From Candidatus Bathyarchaeia archaeon (GTDB lineage Archaea; Thermoproteota; Bathyarchaeia; Bathyarchaeales; Bathycorpusculaceae), in contig JBMFOB010000001.1 in the NCBI GenBank assembly GCA_049969855.1, positions 32,001 to 96,000 of the forward strand: a stretch of DNA of 64,000 nucleotides. The letters run 5' to 3'. Shown here in pieces: positions 1 to 9,728 of the stretch. Under the pieces are notes generated by a model, which saw nothing but the letters and a program-made list of their open reading frames with translations, searched no databases and was not told where the DNA came from. Numbering within the stretch: position 1 is the stretch's first letter; each line of letters opens with the position of its first letter. A program made the translations under genes and the position numbers.

Positions 1-1
1 T

Positions 2-1951
2 ATGGTTTCAGAAAATCCCTTCGCCGTATTCCGCCTTGAGTGTAAAAATGCTTTAGAGGAAGCCCTAAAGAAACTTTTCCCGAAAATCGAAATTGCACGC
101 TTAACATTGGAAAAACCGCCAAACCCAGATTTCGGTCAGTTAGCTTCTTCTTTATGTTTTGAACTTGCCAAAAGCATCAACGAAAAGCCCGCAGTTTTGG
201 CTGAACACATAGTGAAAGCCATAGACAAGGCAAAGTTTTCTTTAATTGAGCGTGTTGCTCCAGCAGGAGGCGGTTACATAAACTTTTATGTTGACTTTGC
301 GAAATTTTCAAGTTTAGTTATTGAATCGGTTGAACAATTTGACAGTGAATATGGTTTTGTTAAAACTGATAAACCCTTGAAAATTATTGTGGAACACACA
401 AGCGTAAACCCGCTTCATCCCATACACATCGGACAAGCAAGAAACCCAATGTTAGGCGATTCTATTGCACATATGCTTAAAGCCACGGGACACAAGGTTT
501 TCCGCCACTATTACATCGACGATGTTGGTCGCCAAACAGCAGTCATCGCCTACGGATACAAAAAACTGGGCAAACCCAAACCGGAAGGCAAACCAGACCA
601 TTTCATTGGAAAAATCTACACCATAACAAGCTGCCTCATCGAAATTAACCGCTTAAAAAAAGAACTTGAAAATGCAAAAAAGGCTTCGCTAACAGAACAA
701 ATCGCAAAAATTAACAGAGAACTAGACGATTGGATGTCAGTAGCAGTAGAGCTTAAAGAACGTTTCCAAGAGCTTTTCGAGAAGCTTCTGAATGAAGTTG
801 GCAAGGATGAAGACCCAGAAAACGAGGTTAACAAGCTAAACCGAGCCTATGAAGAAGGAGAGAAAGAAGCTAAAACGCTCATAAGAGAGGTTAGCGAATT
901 ATGCCTACAAGGTTTTAAGGAAACTTTGGGGCGTGCTGGAGTTTTTTATGATTCTTGGGATTGGGAAAGCGACTTTGTATGGAGCAACCGCGTAGCTGAA
1001 ACCCTTGAAAAACTAAAGAAGACACCTTACGTTTTTGCCTTAGGAGGAGTTTTAGAGTTTGACGCCGAAAAGGCTGCTCAAGAGCTTAACTTGAAACAGA
1101 AACTCGGATTAAGAGAAGATTACGAAGTTCCATCTTTGACGCTTATGCGTGCTGATGGCACAACACTTTATACTACACGCGACATCGCATACACTTTATG
1201 GAAATTCGAAAAGGCGGAAAAATTCATTAATGTCATAGGTATGGAACAAACCCTTGCGCAGTTGCAGTTGAAAATAGCTTTGCACGCTTTGGGTTATGGA
1301 GAGAAAGCGGATAATTTGGTTCACTTTGCTTACAATCTTGTAACTCTTCCAGGCTATAAAATGTCAAGCAGAAGGGGACGCTACATAACCTTTGACGAAG
1401 TTATGGATGAGGCAGTTGAGCGGGCTTACAACGAAGTTTCGAAGCGTTCTCCACAATTGTCCGAAGATGAAAAGAGGAAAATAGCCGAGTTTGTGGGTAT
1501 AGGCGCTGTGCGTTATGCTCTTGTGGAGGTTGATCCATCAAAACCAGTTGTGTTCACATGGGATAGAGTGTTAAATTTCGAAAAAAACAGCGCGCCTTAC
1601 ATTCAATATACTCACGCAAGAGCCTGCAGCATCCTGCGAAAGGCAGCGAGAAAACCTGAAAGCCCAGCTTATGGACTATTAAAGGAGAGAATAGAAAACC
1701 AGATAATTTTGGATTTAGCAAACTTTCCAGAAGTTTTTGTTGAAGCAACCGATTTCCTTAAACCCAACATGATTGCAGAGTTTGCAAACGCCTTAAGCGA
1801 CAAATTTAACACTTTTTACAATGCTTTACCCGTAATAAAGGCTGAACCAAAAGAGCTCAGCGATGCAAGACTTGCACTTGTAGATGCGGTGAGAATTGTT
1901 TTAAGAAATGCGCTTAATCTGCTTGGTATAGTGGCTCCAGAAAAAATGTAG
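2..1951 (+). CDS. argS: Arginine--tRNA ligase
   Basis: Class I motifs (VEHTSVNPLHPIHIGQARN, KMSSRRG), DGTTLYTTRDIAY, C-terminal DALR-like region (PYIQYTHARACSIL); start is at the window edge. Confidence 0.97.
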   Translation: MVSENPFAVFRLECKNALEEALKKLFPKIEIARLTLEKPPNPDFGQLASSLCFELAKSINEKPAVLAEHIVKAIDKAKFSLIERVAPAGGGYINFYVDFAKFSSLVIESVEQFDSEYGFVKTDKPLKIIVEHTSVNPLHPIHIGQARNPMLGDSIAHMLKATGHKVFRHYYIDDVGRQTAVIAYGYKKLGKPKPEGKPDHFIGKIYTITSCLIEINRLKKELENAKKASLTEQIAKINRELDDWMSVAVELKERFQELFEKLLNEVGKDEDPENEVNKLNRAYEEGEKEAKTLIREVSELCLQGFKETLGRAGVFYDSWDWESDFVWSNRVAETLEKLKKTPYVFALGGVLEFDAEKAAQELNLKQKLGLREDYEVPSLTLMRADGTTLYTTRDIAYTLWKFEKAEKFINVIGMEQTLAQLQLKIALHALGYGEKADNLVHFAYNLVTLPGYKMSSRRGRYITFDEVMDEAVERAYNEVSKRSPQLSEDEKRKIAEFVGIGAVRYALVEVDPSKPVVFTWDRVLNFEKNSAPYIQYTHARACSILRKAARKPESPAYGLLKERIENQIILDLANFPEVFVEATDFLKPNMIAEFANALSDKFNTFYNALPVIKAEPKELSDARLALVDAVRIVLRNALNLLGIVAPEKM

Positions 1952-1955
1952 CAGT

Positions 1956-2636
1956 TTATGGTGCGCCTTCAATTATTGTTGTTGCTGTGCTTGTTCCTAT
2001 GCGGTTTGCTCCAGCCTTGATAAAGGCTACTGCGTCAGCGTATGTTCTTATGCCACCAGCAGCTTTAACACCCATGTCTTCGCCTACAATCTCTCGCATC
2101 AGCCTTACATCTTCAATTGTTGCTCCTTTTCCAAACAAGCCAGTTGACGTTTTAACAAAGTCTGCTCCAGCCTCTTTGACAATTTTGCAAGCAGTTATCT
2201 TTTCATCCCTCGTGAGGTAAGCAGTTTCGATGATTACTTTCACAATTATTTCGTTAGATAGGCGTTTAGCGTCTAAAACAGCCATAATATCTCTTTTAAC
2301 AAAATCATAATCACCAGACTTTAAGGCACTTAAATTAATAACCATGTCCAATTCTTCAGTACCATCCTCCACAGCCTTAACCGCTTCTAAAGCCTTTATT
2401 TCTGGTAGGGAAACGCCGAAGGGAAAGCCAACCGTAGAGCAAACCTTAACATCTGAACCCTTCAGCAATTTTGCTGCAAACCGCACATAAAAGGGGTTAA
2501 CAACTGCGCATCTGAAGCCATACTGTATAGCCTCTTTGCAAAGCCTTTCAATTTCCTCTTTTGTCGCTGTGGCTTTTACATTTGTTGAGTCTATCATTTT
2601 GGCTAATTCTTCTCTTGACAACTTCAACCGCATCAT
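1956..2636 (-). CDS. deoC: Deoxyribose-phosphate aldolase
   Basis: VGFPFG, ELDMVIN, KVIIET, ADFVKTSTG, VKAAGGIR, RIGTS motifs. Confidence 0.96.
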   Translation of the reverse strand: MMRLKLSREELAKMIDSTNVKATATKEEIERLCKEAIQYGFRCAVVNPFYVRFAAKLLKGSDVKVCSTVGFPFGVSLPEIKALEAVKAVEDGTEELDMVINLSALKSGDYDFVKRDIMAVLDAKRLSNEIIVKVIIETAYLTRDEKITACKIVKEAGADFVKTSTGLFGKGATIEDVRLMREIVGEDMGVKAAGGIRTYADAVAFIKAGANRIGTSTATTIIEGAP

Positions 2637-2746
2637 CTACCCGCTTTAAACTGGGAACACAAACATTTAGCAGTTTCTTAACGCTGAAGGAGTTTTTGGC
2701 AAAAATTTCTTATACTAGCCTTTTAATCCTAAAAAGGAGGCACAAT

Positions 2747-3808
2747 ATGTCAGGCTCATACTTTGAAAGAAAGGTTGAACCCATCGAAGTTAGAGAAAAG
2801 ACGATATCTGAACTTTTGACGGAAATGAGCAAAACTGCCTATCAAGGTAGAAAACTTGGAGAGGCTGTGGAAGTTTGGGAAGCCATGCTTAAAGAAAAAG
2901 ACTTAACAATAATCATGGGATTTGCGGGTTCCATGAGCACTGCGGGTCAATGGAAAATTGTTAATTGGCTTATAGAAAAACGCTTCATAGACGTTCTAGT
3001 TTCAACAGGAGCAAATGTTTCAGAAGACATAGTGGACGCTATGGGACTTGGTTATTGGCAGGGCACACCTTACGCTAATGATGCTGCGCTTGTGAAAGCT
3101 GACATTAACAGATACTACGATGTTTATGGAAAAGAATCCGATTATAGACAAATGGAAGAACTTATGACCGAATTCATGTTAACGCTGAAAACCAACTTTG
3201 CATACTCATCAATGGAACTGCTTTATCTGTTTGGCAAGTGGCTAAGCAAAAAAGGAATAAAAAGCATAACAGCAGTGGCAGCAGAAAACAATGTCCCAAT
3301 ATTTTGTCCCGCAATAACGGACAGCGCCTACGGAGAAGCCTTCTTAATGGCAAAAAACAAAGGACACAACATTCTGTTAGATCAAGTGAAAGAATTCGAC
3401 CAATTTGTTGGCATAGGCGAAAAAACAAAAGATATAGGAGTCGTCTACATAGGAGGAGGCGTACCAAAAGACTTCACACAACTCATAGCAATATCAGTCT
3501 CGCCAAAAACAATGGACAAAGGCGTGCCCGGAAGAGAAGGCTTCAAACGCAAAAGCGTAAAAGAATACTATTACCCACACAAATATGCCATCCAAATCAC
3601 CACAGATTCCCCACAGTGGGGCGGCTTGTCGGGTTGCACCCTAGAAGAAGCCATAAGCTGGGGTAAAATCCACAGCCAAGGAAAAAGGGTAACTGTTTAC
3701 TGTGACGCAACCATTGCCTTACCACTAATAGCACATGCCCTCAATGAAAAACTAAAAATTAAAAGAAAGGCTCCAGACCTTTCATGGATTTTTAAAAACG
3801 TTTCTTAA
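2747..3808 (+). CDS. Deoxyhypusine synthase-like protein (paralog A; possible homospermidine synthase)
   Basis: GGGVPK, QITTD..GGLSGCTLEEAISWGK; start placed at ATG 2747 behind GGAGG (2736-2740). Confidence 0.88.
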   Translation: MSGSYFERKVEPIEVREKTISELLTEMSKTAYQGRKLGEAVEVWEAMLKEKDLTIIMGFAGSMSTAGQWKIVNWLIEKRFIDVLVSTGANVSEDIVDAMGLGYWQGTPYANDAALVKADINRYYDVYGKESDYRQMEELMTEFMLTLKTNFAYSSMELLYLFGKWLSKKGIKSITAVAAENNVPIFCPAITDSAYGEAFLMAKNKGHNILLDQVKEFDQFVGIGEKTKDIGVVYIGGGVPKDFTQLIAISVSPKTMDKGVPGREGFKRKSVKEYYYPHKYAIQITTDSPQWGGLSGCTLEEAISWGKIHSQGKRVTVYCDATIALPLIAHALNEKLKIKRKAPDLSWIFKNVS

Positions 3809-4735
3809 CTACAACCTTGTTATTAACGAACATACCATAATTGGAAGAATCAGCGAAGCATCACCCTCAACCATAACAGTGTCTGCTTTCTGGCTTATCT
3901 TCCCCCATGAAACCGCTTCTCGAGGTCTTGCGCCAGATAGGCTGCCGTCCCACTCATCAGCAGTACAAACATAAACTGCATAGTCCAATCCCTCTCTGAA
4001 CTGATTCCACCAAAGCGTATGATGCTTCGAAATTCCACCGCCAACAATTAATGCGCCAGTTTTCTTTGCAGTAAAAATAGTTTCGCTGAGTTCGCCAGAA
4101 TCCTTCAACAAGTTAACTTTAAAGTTGTGGTCTTGCGAAAAAAGCCAGAGCTGATAACCAACCGCTCCGTCTGTTATGCCAGGCACATAAACTGGTATGT
4201 TGTTTTTTGCCGCCCAATAAAGGATGGAGTTTTCGTTGCATATGCGTCTTCCAATTTCATGGCATAACTGGCGGGTTGATAATTCTTTGACGCCTTCCTC
4301 CCATAAAGTTTGAAGAAGCTCTTGCATTTTCTTTTCAATTATTATTCCATAACTTTCGTTTGGAACCAAAACATTTCCTAAACGGTTTATCTTTTTCCTA
4401 CGAAGCTCGGCATCGTCCATGAAAAATGAACCTTTATAATAGTTTTTCCAGCTTCTGGCAATATCATGGTCAAGAGTTCCGCAAGTTGTGATTATAACAT
4501 CAACAAGCTTCTCTTTTACAAGCTCCCTCAAAGCGCCTCTCGTTCCAGTGGCAACAAGATTGCCAGTGAAAGAAAGAAACTTTACACATTCACCATCCTT
4601 AATCATTCTTTCTAAAATGTTCACACCGACTGCCAATTTTCCAGCCGTAAAACCCCAAGCGTTATCCATCTGCAAAACAAGGTCGTTTACAGATATTCCC
4701 TTAAAGAGATTATAATCTTCAACCTTCTCCAACAC
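3809..4735 (-). CDS. dys: Deoxyhypusine synthase (paralog B, canonical archaeal type)
   Basis: FTGNLVATG, GGGISKHH, DGSLSGARPREAVSWGK with catalytic Lys. Confidence 0.93.
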   Translation of the reverse strand: MLEKVEDYNLFKGISVNDLVLQMDNAWGFTAGKLAVGVNILERMIKDGECVKFLSFTGNLVATGTRGALRELVKEKLVDVIITTCGTLDHDIARSWKNYYKGSFFMDDAELRRKKINRLGNVLVPNESYGIIIEKKMQELLQTLWEEGVKELSTRQLCHEIGRRICNENSILYWAAKNNIPVYVPGITDGAVGYQLWLFSQDHNFKVNLLKDSGELSETIFTAKKTGALIVGGGISKHHTLWWNQFREGLDYAVYVCTADEWDGSLSGARPREAVSWGKISQKADTVMVEGDASLILPIMVCSLITRL

Positions 4736-4802
4736 GCATTCTCATCTCCATAATCAAACTAAATTGTCATGTTAAAGATAAATAACTGTCGAACTTTTGA
4801 GG

Positions 4803-5681
4803 CTAATTAACCAAGTATGCTATGATTTTTTCATATACGTCTCTGTTTCTCAAGTCTTCGTTGCCAGCGTAAATGCTTGGGTTATCATTGACTTCCACCA
4901 CCACATAATTGCCGTTGAATTCTTTTATGTCAACTCCATAAAGCCCACGCCCAACAACTTCACAAGCCTTCAAAGCCGTTTCTTTCAATTTGGTTGGAGC
5001 ATTTTCCCTTTTAAGGGTCACAGTTCTTCCCCAAACAAAGCTTGGTTTGCCCCTCCTTTTTGCGCCGTGTTTCCATCTGCCCTTTGGCACCATGTACTTG
5101 CAAACATACAAAACTTCACCATTTAAGACGCCGACTCTCCAATCGAAAGCTGTTGGCATAAATTTCTGAACCGCCAAAACATCGGATCTCCTGAAAAATC
5201 TCTTCGCAACTTCTCTAAAACTTGTTTCACACGCCACTTTCTCCACATATCTCGAAAAACTTGTGTATGGCGCCTTCACCACAACAGGTCTTCCAAAAGT
5301 TTTGAAAATCTCAACTATCCGCTTATGATGCAGTTCATCCTTGCTTAGGAAAATTGTTGGAATATATGGAACATTATACTTTTTGAAAAGAGAGTACAAG
5401 TGAATCTTGTTTCCACAAATTTGTATGGATTTAGGGTCATCAACCACGTTTAAACCCATCTCCCAAGCAGCCTTAGAAACTATGTAGGCGGTGTAAAGGG
5501 GGTCTGTTGTAGCTCTAATGAAAACAGCGTCGTATTTCGGAATTTCCAACAGGTTTTCTCTAAACAAGAAGTTGAATGCATGACCCATTTTCTCCGCTGC
5601 AACTTTAAAGTTCTGTAACGCCAAAACCTCTTTAGGGTCTGAAAAATTGTATCTTTCAACAAAACATGCTATTCTAGACAA
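4803..5681 (-). CDS. RimK-family ATP-grasp ligase
   Basis: VFIRATT, VVDDPKSIQICGNK, FDWRVGVL, GLYGVDIK, VEVNDNPSI. Confidence 0.9.
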   Translation of the reverse strand: MSRIACFVERYNFSDPKEVLALQNFKVAAEKMGHAFNFLFRENLLEIPKYDAVFIRATTDPLYTAYIVSKAAWEMGLNVVDDPKSIQICGNKIHLYSLFKKYNVPYIPTIFLSKDELHHKRIVEIFKTFGRPVVVKAPYTSFSRYVEKVACETSFREVAKRFFRRSDVLAVQKFMPTAFDWRVGVLNGEVLYVCKYMVPKGRWKHGAKRRGKPSFVWGRTVTLKRENAPTKLKETALKACEVVGRGLYGVDIKEFNGNYVVVEVNDNPSIYAGNEDLRNRDVYEKIIAYLVN

Positions 5682-6360
5682 TTAAGTGGTCACCATTTTC
5701 AGAAATTCGAGAAATTTCGCCAGAGATCATCCTCAAATCTTGCACAGTTATTTCTTCTCTTTTTAATGGTTGAAGCCCGCACAAATACACTTCCTTTTCG
5801 ACGCATTGCACATGCAATTTGCAAATAGGTATCTTAAACACTTCGTAAACTTTAGCTGAAATTTTCGCTATGTCTAAATCGCATTTTCCAAAGATGGATT
5901 TGAATGATAACATGCTTCCCCTTAGCGGTTGCGCACAAACATCAAATTTGTAGTTCATACCTAAACTTTTCATGGCTCTGTAAAGGGCGCTTCTATTTTT
6001 TGCGATTTTGTACCCATCATAGGAAAATGGGTTGACAGCGAAAATAACAACTGGAAAATTGAACTGAGAAATTATTTGCTTCACCGAATCAGTTACTATG
6101 TAGGGAATTGTTGGAATTCCAGCCTTTGAAGCCCTAAGCAGAAGAAGGGGCGTTCTATAAGCGTCTATAATGTTTTCGCTTGGTGGAATAACAGGATTGC
6201 CTAGAACCTCCGCATGCAGGGAAACGTAATATCCAGTTTTTAAATATCGATAGTCATTGTTTATGTTGAGAGTAAAGTCTTTAACTGACGATTCAAGGAA
6301 GGTCGACGGTTTCATAATAGGCAAGTTTGTCGTTAGGTCGATGTTTGATACGACCAACAC
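5674..6360 (-). CDS. RLAN (RimK-like ATP-grasp N-terminal) domain protein
   Basis: N..DYRYLKTGYYVSLHAEVLG..VIP signature; overlaps the start of the ATP-grasp gene. Confidence 0.8.
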   Translation of the reverse strand: MLVVSNIDLTTNLPIMKPSTFLESSVKDFTLNINNDYRYLKTGYYVSLHAEVLGNPVIPPSENIIDAYRTPLLLLRASKAGIPTIPYIVTDSVKQIISQFNFPVVIFAVNPFSYDGYKIAKNRSALYRAMKSLGMNYKFDVCAQPLRGSMLSFKSIFGKCDLDIAKISAKVYEVFKIPICKLHVQCVEKEVYLCGLQPLKREEITVQDLRMISGEISRISENGDHLIV

Positions 6361-6453
6361 GCATGTAACACCAGATTATTGAATGCTCGGTATTGCTCCA
6401 GTCATATTTAAAATTAACTGTATTCTTATATCCATATTTCAGAACAAAATAGA

Positions 6454-7662
6454 ATGAAAGAGGAACAGTATACGTACAAAACCCTAGAAGTGCTGGGTCC
6501 AGAACACGAATTTTCACTGGTTAACGAAGAATTAAAAGCATTACCAATAGTAGACAAAGTCATAAAAGATTTTCACGGGCGAATTGTAAACTTTGTCGAA
6601 CAATCCGACTTCACCTTTGGAAAGGAACTTCAGCTCCATGTTATGGAAATTAAACCCAACATGCCATTTAAGTCGCCAGAAAAATTCGAAGAAACCATGC
6701 ATCAAGCAGTTTTAACCATTGACGATTTTCTGGAAAGCAAATATGGAGCACATCTCCTCGGAACAGGAATGCATCCTCTACTTACACTTGAAGAAACCAT
6801 GGTTTGGCCTCACCGTCACAGACAGATTTACCAAGCTTACAGCAAAATCTTCAACCTTAAACAGCACGGATGGTTAAACATTCAAAGCTTCCAACTAAAC
6901 ATCCCATACTTTAAGGAGAAACAAGCAATTTTGATGCATAATGTTCTAGCGGAAATCTGCGCATATTTACCAGCAATATCAGCATCATCACCCATATACG
7001 AAGGAAAATTTGGCGCTTACATCGATAACAGATTACACTTTTACATGACAAACCAGGAAGAAGTAAATTCAGTAACCGGAGATGTAATCCCAGAATACGT
7101 ATACTCTTTCAAACAGTACAAAAAAGAGATTATCGAAAAATACTCCACGGAATTAGCCAACAGAGGCGCAGACAAATGTCTTCTTCACAAAGACTGGGTT
7201 AATTCCCGCGGTGCAATTTTCCGATTCGACAGAAAAGCCATTGAAATAAGAATCATGGATGAACAAGAATGCGTCCAATCAGATGTGGCTTTAAGCTGCT
7301 TCATAAGGGCGCTATTAAGAGGATTGATGAAGGGTGAACCAGATCTTTTGCCGCATGAGGTTCTCGTGAAAGACCTTAATTCAGTCATAGCTAATGGATT
7401 AAATGCAAAAGTTTTGCATCCAAAAGGAAAAACTGCTAAACAAGTGTGCGAACACTTTTTCAAAACTGCTTGCGAAAATGCTTCAAAAGAAGAAAAGAAA
7501 TACCTTCCGTTAATACAGAAAAGAATAGAAGGCGGCAACCTTTCAGAGATTATAAAGGAAAGAGTTCAAAGGAAAGCTCAAAAAACAGATTTAAAAGAAG
7601 CCATCGTCAGCGTTTACTCAAATCTGGTAAAAAGCCTTATGAATAATCAACCTTACTTCTAA
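6454..7662 (+). CDS. Glutamate--cysteine ligase family 2 (GCS2) carboxylate-amine ligase
   Basis: GPEHE, ELQLHVMEIK, GMHP, HGWLNIQSFQLN, SASSP, NSRGAIFRFDRKAIEIRIMDEQEC. Confidence 0.88.
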   Translation: MKEEQYTYKTLEVLGPEHEFSLVNEELKALPIVDKVIKDFHGRIVNFVEQSDFTFGKELQLHVMEIKPNMPFKSPEKFEETMHQAVLTIDDFLESKYGAHLLGTGMHPLLTLEETMVWPHRHRQIYQAYSKIFNLKQHGWLNIQSFQLNIPYFKEKQAILMHNVLAEICAYLPAISASSPIYEGKFGAYIDNRLHFYMTNQEEVNSVTGDVIPEYVYSFKQYKKEIIEKYSTELANRGADKCLLHKDWVNSRGAIFRFDRKAIEIRIMDEQECVQSDVALSCFIRALLRGLMKGEPDLLPHEVLVKDLNSVIANGLNAKVLHPKGKTAKQVCEHFFKTACENASKEEKKYLPLIQKRIEGGNLSEIIKERVQRKAQKTDLKEAIVSVYSNLVKSLMNNQPYF

Positions 7663-7681
7663 ACACTGGAGAACCTACGAT

Positions 7682-8218
7682 ATGACCAGCAAAAGACAAA
7701 ATGACTTTTTTGCCGTTTGCAACAAGTGCAAAATTAGTTGTTGCCAGAACGCAAGACCTCCAATAACAAATGAGCGCAGAAAAATTATAGAAGAATATTT
7801 AAAAGAGCAGAGAATTCCCATCCAAAATCCATTTACCCAAACAATGTACACTTTTCCAAGAGAAGACGCTGAAGGATACTGCGTATTCTATGATAAACAA
7901 ACGAGAAAATGCAAAGTTCATCCAGTAAAACCAGAAACTTGCGTAGCGGGACCAATAACTTTCGACATAAACAAGCAAACCCAAAAAATTGAGTGGTATT
8001 TAAAAATGGAAAAAATATGCCCCCTAGCCGGAGTTCTACACAAAAATAATGAAGTTTTCAAAAACCATTTGGAGTCGGCTAAGAAGGAAATACTTAGGCT
8101 TGTGCATGGGCTTGACACAGAAGACTTGAAGGCTATATTAAGAATAGAAGAACCAGAAACCTTCAAGATTGACGAAGACCCTATTGAAAGCGAAATTCTC
8201 GCTAAGTTACACTGTTAA
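7682..8218 (+). CDS. YkgJ-family cysteine-cluster (CxxCxxCC) protein
   Basis: CNKCKISCC ... YCVFYD ... CKVHPVKPETCVAGP ... ICPL. Confidence 0.85.
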   Translation: MTSKRQNDFFAVCNKCKISCCQNARPPITNERRKIIEEYLKEQRIPIQNPFTQTMYTFPREDAEGYCVFYDKQTRKCKVHPVKPETCVAGPITFDINKQTQKIEWYLKMEKICPLAGVLHKNNEVFKNHLESAKKEILRLVHGLDTEDLKAILRIEEPETFKIDEDPIESEILAKLHC

Positions 8219-8329
8219 TCCTCATACAATCTTTCAAAACATTCTTGTAAGCAGAGTTAGCGAAAAACGTTACTTTGCCATTTTAAGTGTGTGTCAAGGG
8301 AAAAGACACGCTAAGTCATTTTAGAAATC

Positions 8330-9685
8330 TTGCAGAGGCTATCAAACTATTCAAGTTTCAAGTTGATAATTTTGAATGGAAAACAATTACGCAAACTCTT
8401 CAACAATGTTTCATTTGCAATTTTATTCTCTATACTATTAAGTCTCTTGTTTTTCGTTTTTCCCTCAGCAACCCAGCAGGAAAACTCTCAAGAAAGAAAT
8501 CCTACATCATACACAATTTTGAATGATGGAAACATCACACATGCCCTAAACGAAAACACAAAAACAATTGAATACTCTTCAACCGACACAGGCGCTGTAA
8601 TAAACGCAGCTTTAGGAACTTTGCCAGATTATGGCGGCAAAATATACATAAAAGCTGGAAACTACTCACTCCTATCAACGATAATTCTAAACAAGCCATG
8701 CATTCTGGAAGGCGAAGGTTCAGGGCGCAGTTACCCAGAAGAAGGCATAACCCAGCTGAATTTTGGAAACACGACTGGAATAAAAATAACTTCAAGCGGC
8801 GTCAGAATAAGTCATCTTCAACTGAGAGGTTATGGGGATACAGCTGTTGCATGTTATGGCATCCACTTAGACGCATCCTCCAACATTTTGAACCAAAACC
8901 TAAACGTTGAAGACGTTATGATAGTGGATACTTATTATGCCATTTACGGAACAGGAGCGCATGACATTTGGGACCTCTATCTATGTGATGTTTACATAAA
9001 CTATTGCAACCAAGGAATAAGAATGGACAAAACAACAGGCGCCGTACAACTTCAAACCAACCACGTCATAATCACCCATGCAAAAAGCGATGCAGTTTAC
9101 TTGACACGTGTGGATGCGGTTATACTTGAATCAATTTATTTTGTTGAACCCGGCGGAAACGGCATAGTTATTGCAAGCTTCGGTTCGTATCCATTGATGA
9201 TTAGAAACTGTCAAATAGACGAATGCCACGAAAACGGCATACTTCTGGCGTTCGAAAATCCATCTTCCTTGTGGCTGACAATAACCGACACACAAATAAA
9301 AGCACACAAATCTGCAATCTACATGCAAAACGCTCAAGACGTAATAATATCAAACTGCAACATCGCCGCCAGCCAACTCAGCACCTCAAACCAAACGATA
9401 ATATACGTTGAAAATGGTTATCGAATACAAATAAACAATTGCCTAATCAAAAACTTAAGCCAACAAACAAGAAACTGCATAGAATTAAAAGACTCAAACT
9501 ACTGCCACATATGCAATTGCCAAGTAGACCATTCCGTTGGCAAAGCAGAAAATGTCGACTTCGCCATAAAAGAAACGGGAACCGACAGCAACAACAACCA
9601 AATAGTCAACAACATATGCGTTGGCGTCTCAAATGGTCCAGCGTACACTTACGGTACAAACTCCATAAACAAAGACAACATTTAA
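8330..9685 (+). CDS. Secreted/membrane-anchored right-handed parallel beta-helix protein
   Basis: N-terminal hydrophobic segment; INAAL..GGKIYIKAGNY start motif of pectate-lyase-3-like folds; repeated I.I.NC.I / G-I motifs; exact start uncertain. Confidence 0.75.
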   Translation: MQRLSNYSSFKLIILNGKQLRKLFNNVSFAILFSILLSLLFFVFPSATQQENSQERNPTSYTILNDGNITHALNENTKTIEYSSTDTGAVINAALGTLPDYGGKIYIKAGNYSLLSTIILNKPCILEGEGSGRSYPEEGITQLNFGNTTGIKITSSGVRISHLQLRGYGDTAVACYGIHLDASSNILNQNLNVEDVMIVDTYYAIYGTGAHDIWDLYLCDVYINYCNQGIRMDKTTGAVQLQTNHVIITHAKSDAVYLTRVDAVILESIYFVEPGGNGIVIASFGSYPLMIRNCQIDECHENGILLAFENPSSLWLTITDTQIKAHKSAIYMQNAQDVIISNCNIAASQLSTSNQTIIYVENGYRIQINNCLIKNLSQQTRNCIELKDSNYCHICNCQVDHSVGKAENVDFAIKETGTDSNNNQIVNNICVGVSNGPAYTYGTNSINKDNI

Positions 9686-9728
9686 AGCCCATGCAGCAAG
9701 CCCAGAGAGTTTTAAACCCCCTTTTGTT

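Noticed and set aside
2561-2746. N-terminal hydrophobic extension of the DHS paralog
   Set aside because: It overlaps deoC and the promoter gap; the GGAGG-preceded ATG at 2747 is the better start.
9700-9719. Possible att remnant of tRNA-Arg (GCCC-N7-TTTAAACCC vs GCCC-N7-TTTGAACCC)
   Set aside because: Only 14/20 identity and it lacks the TTTACTGRTAA arm motif; compatible with chance.
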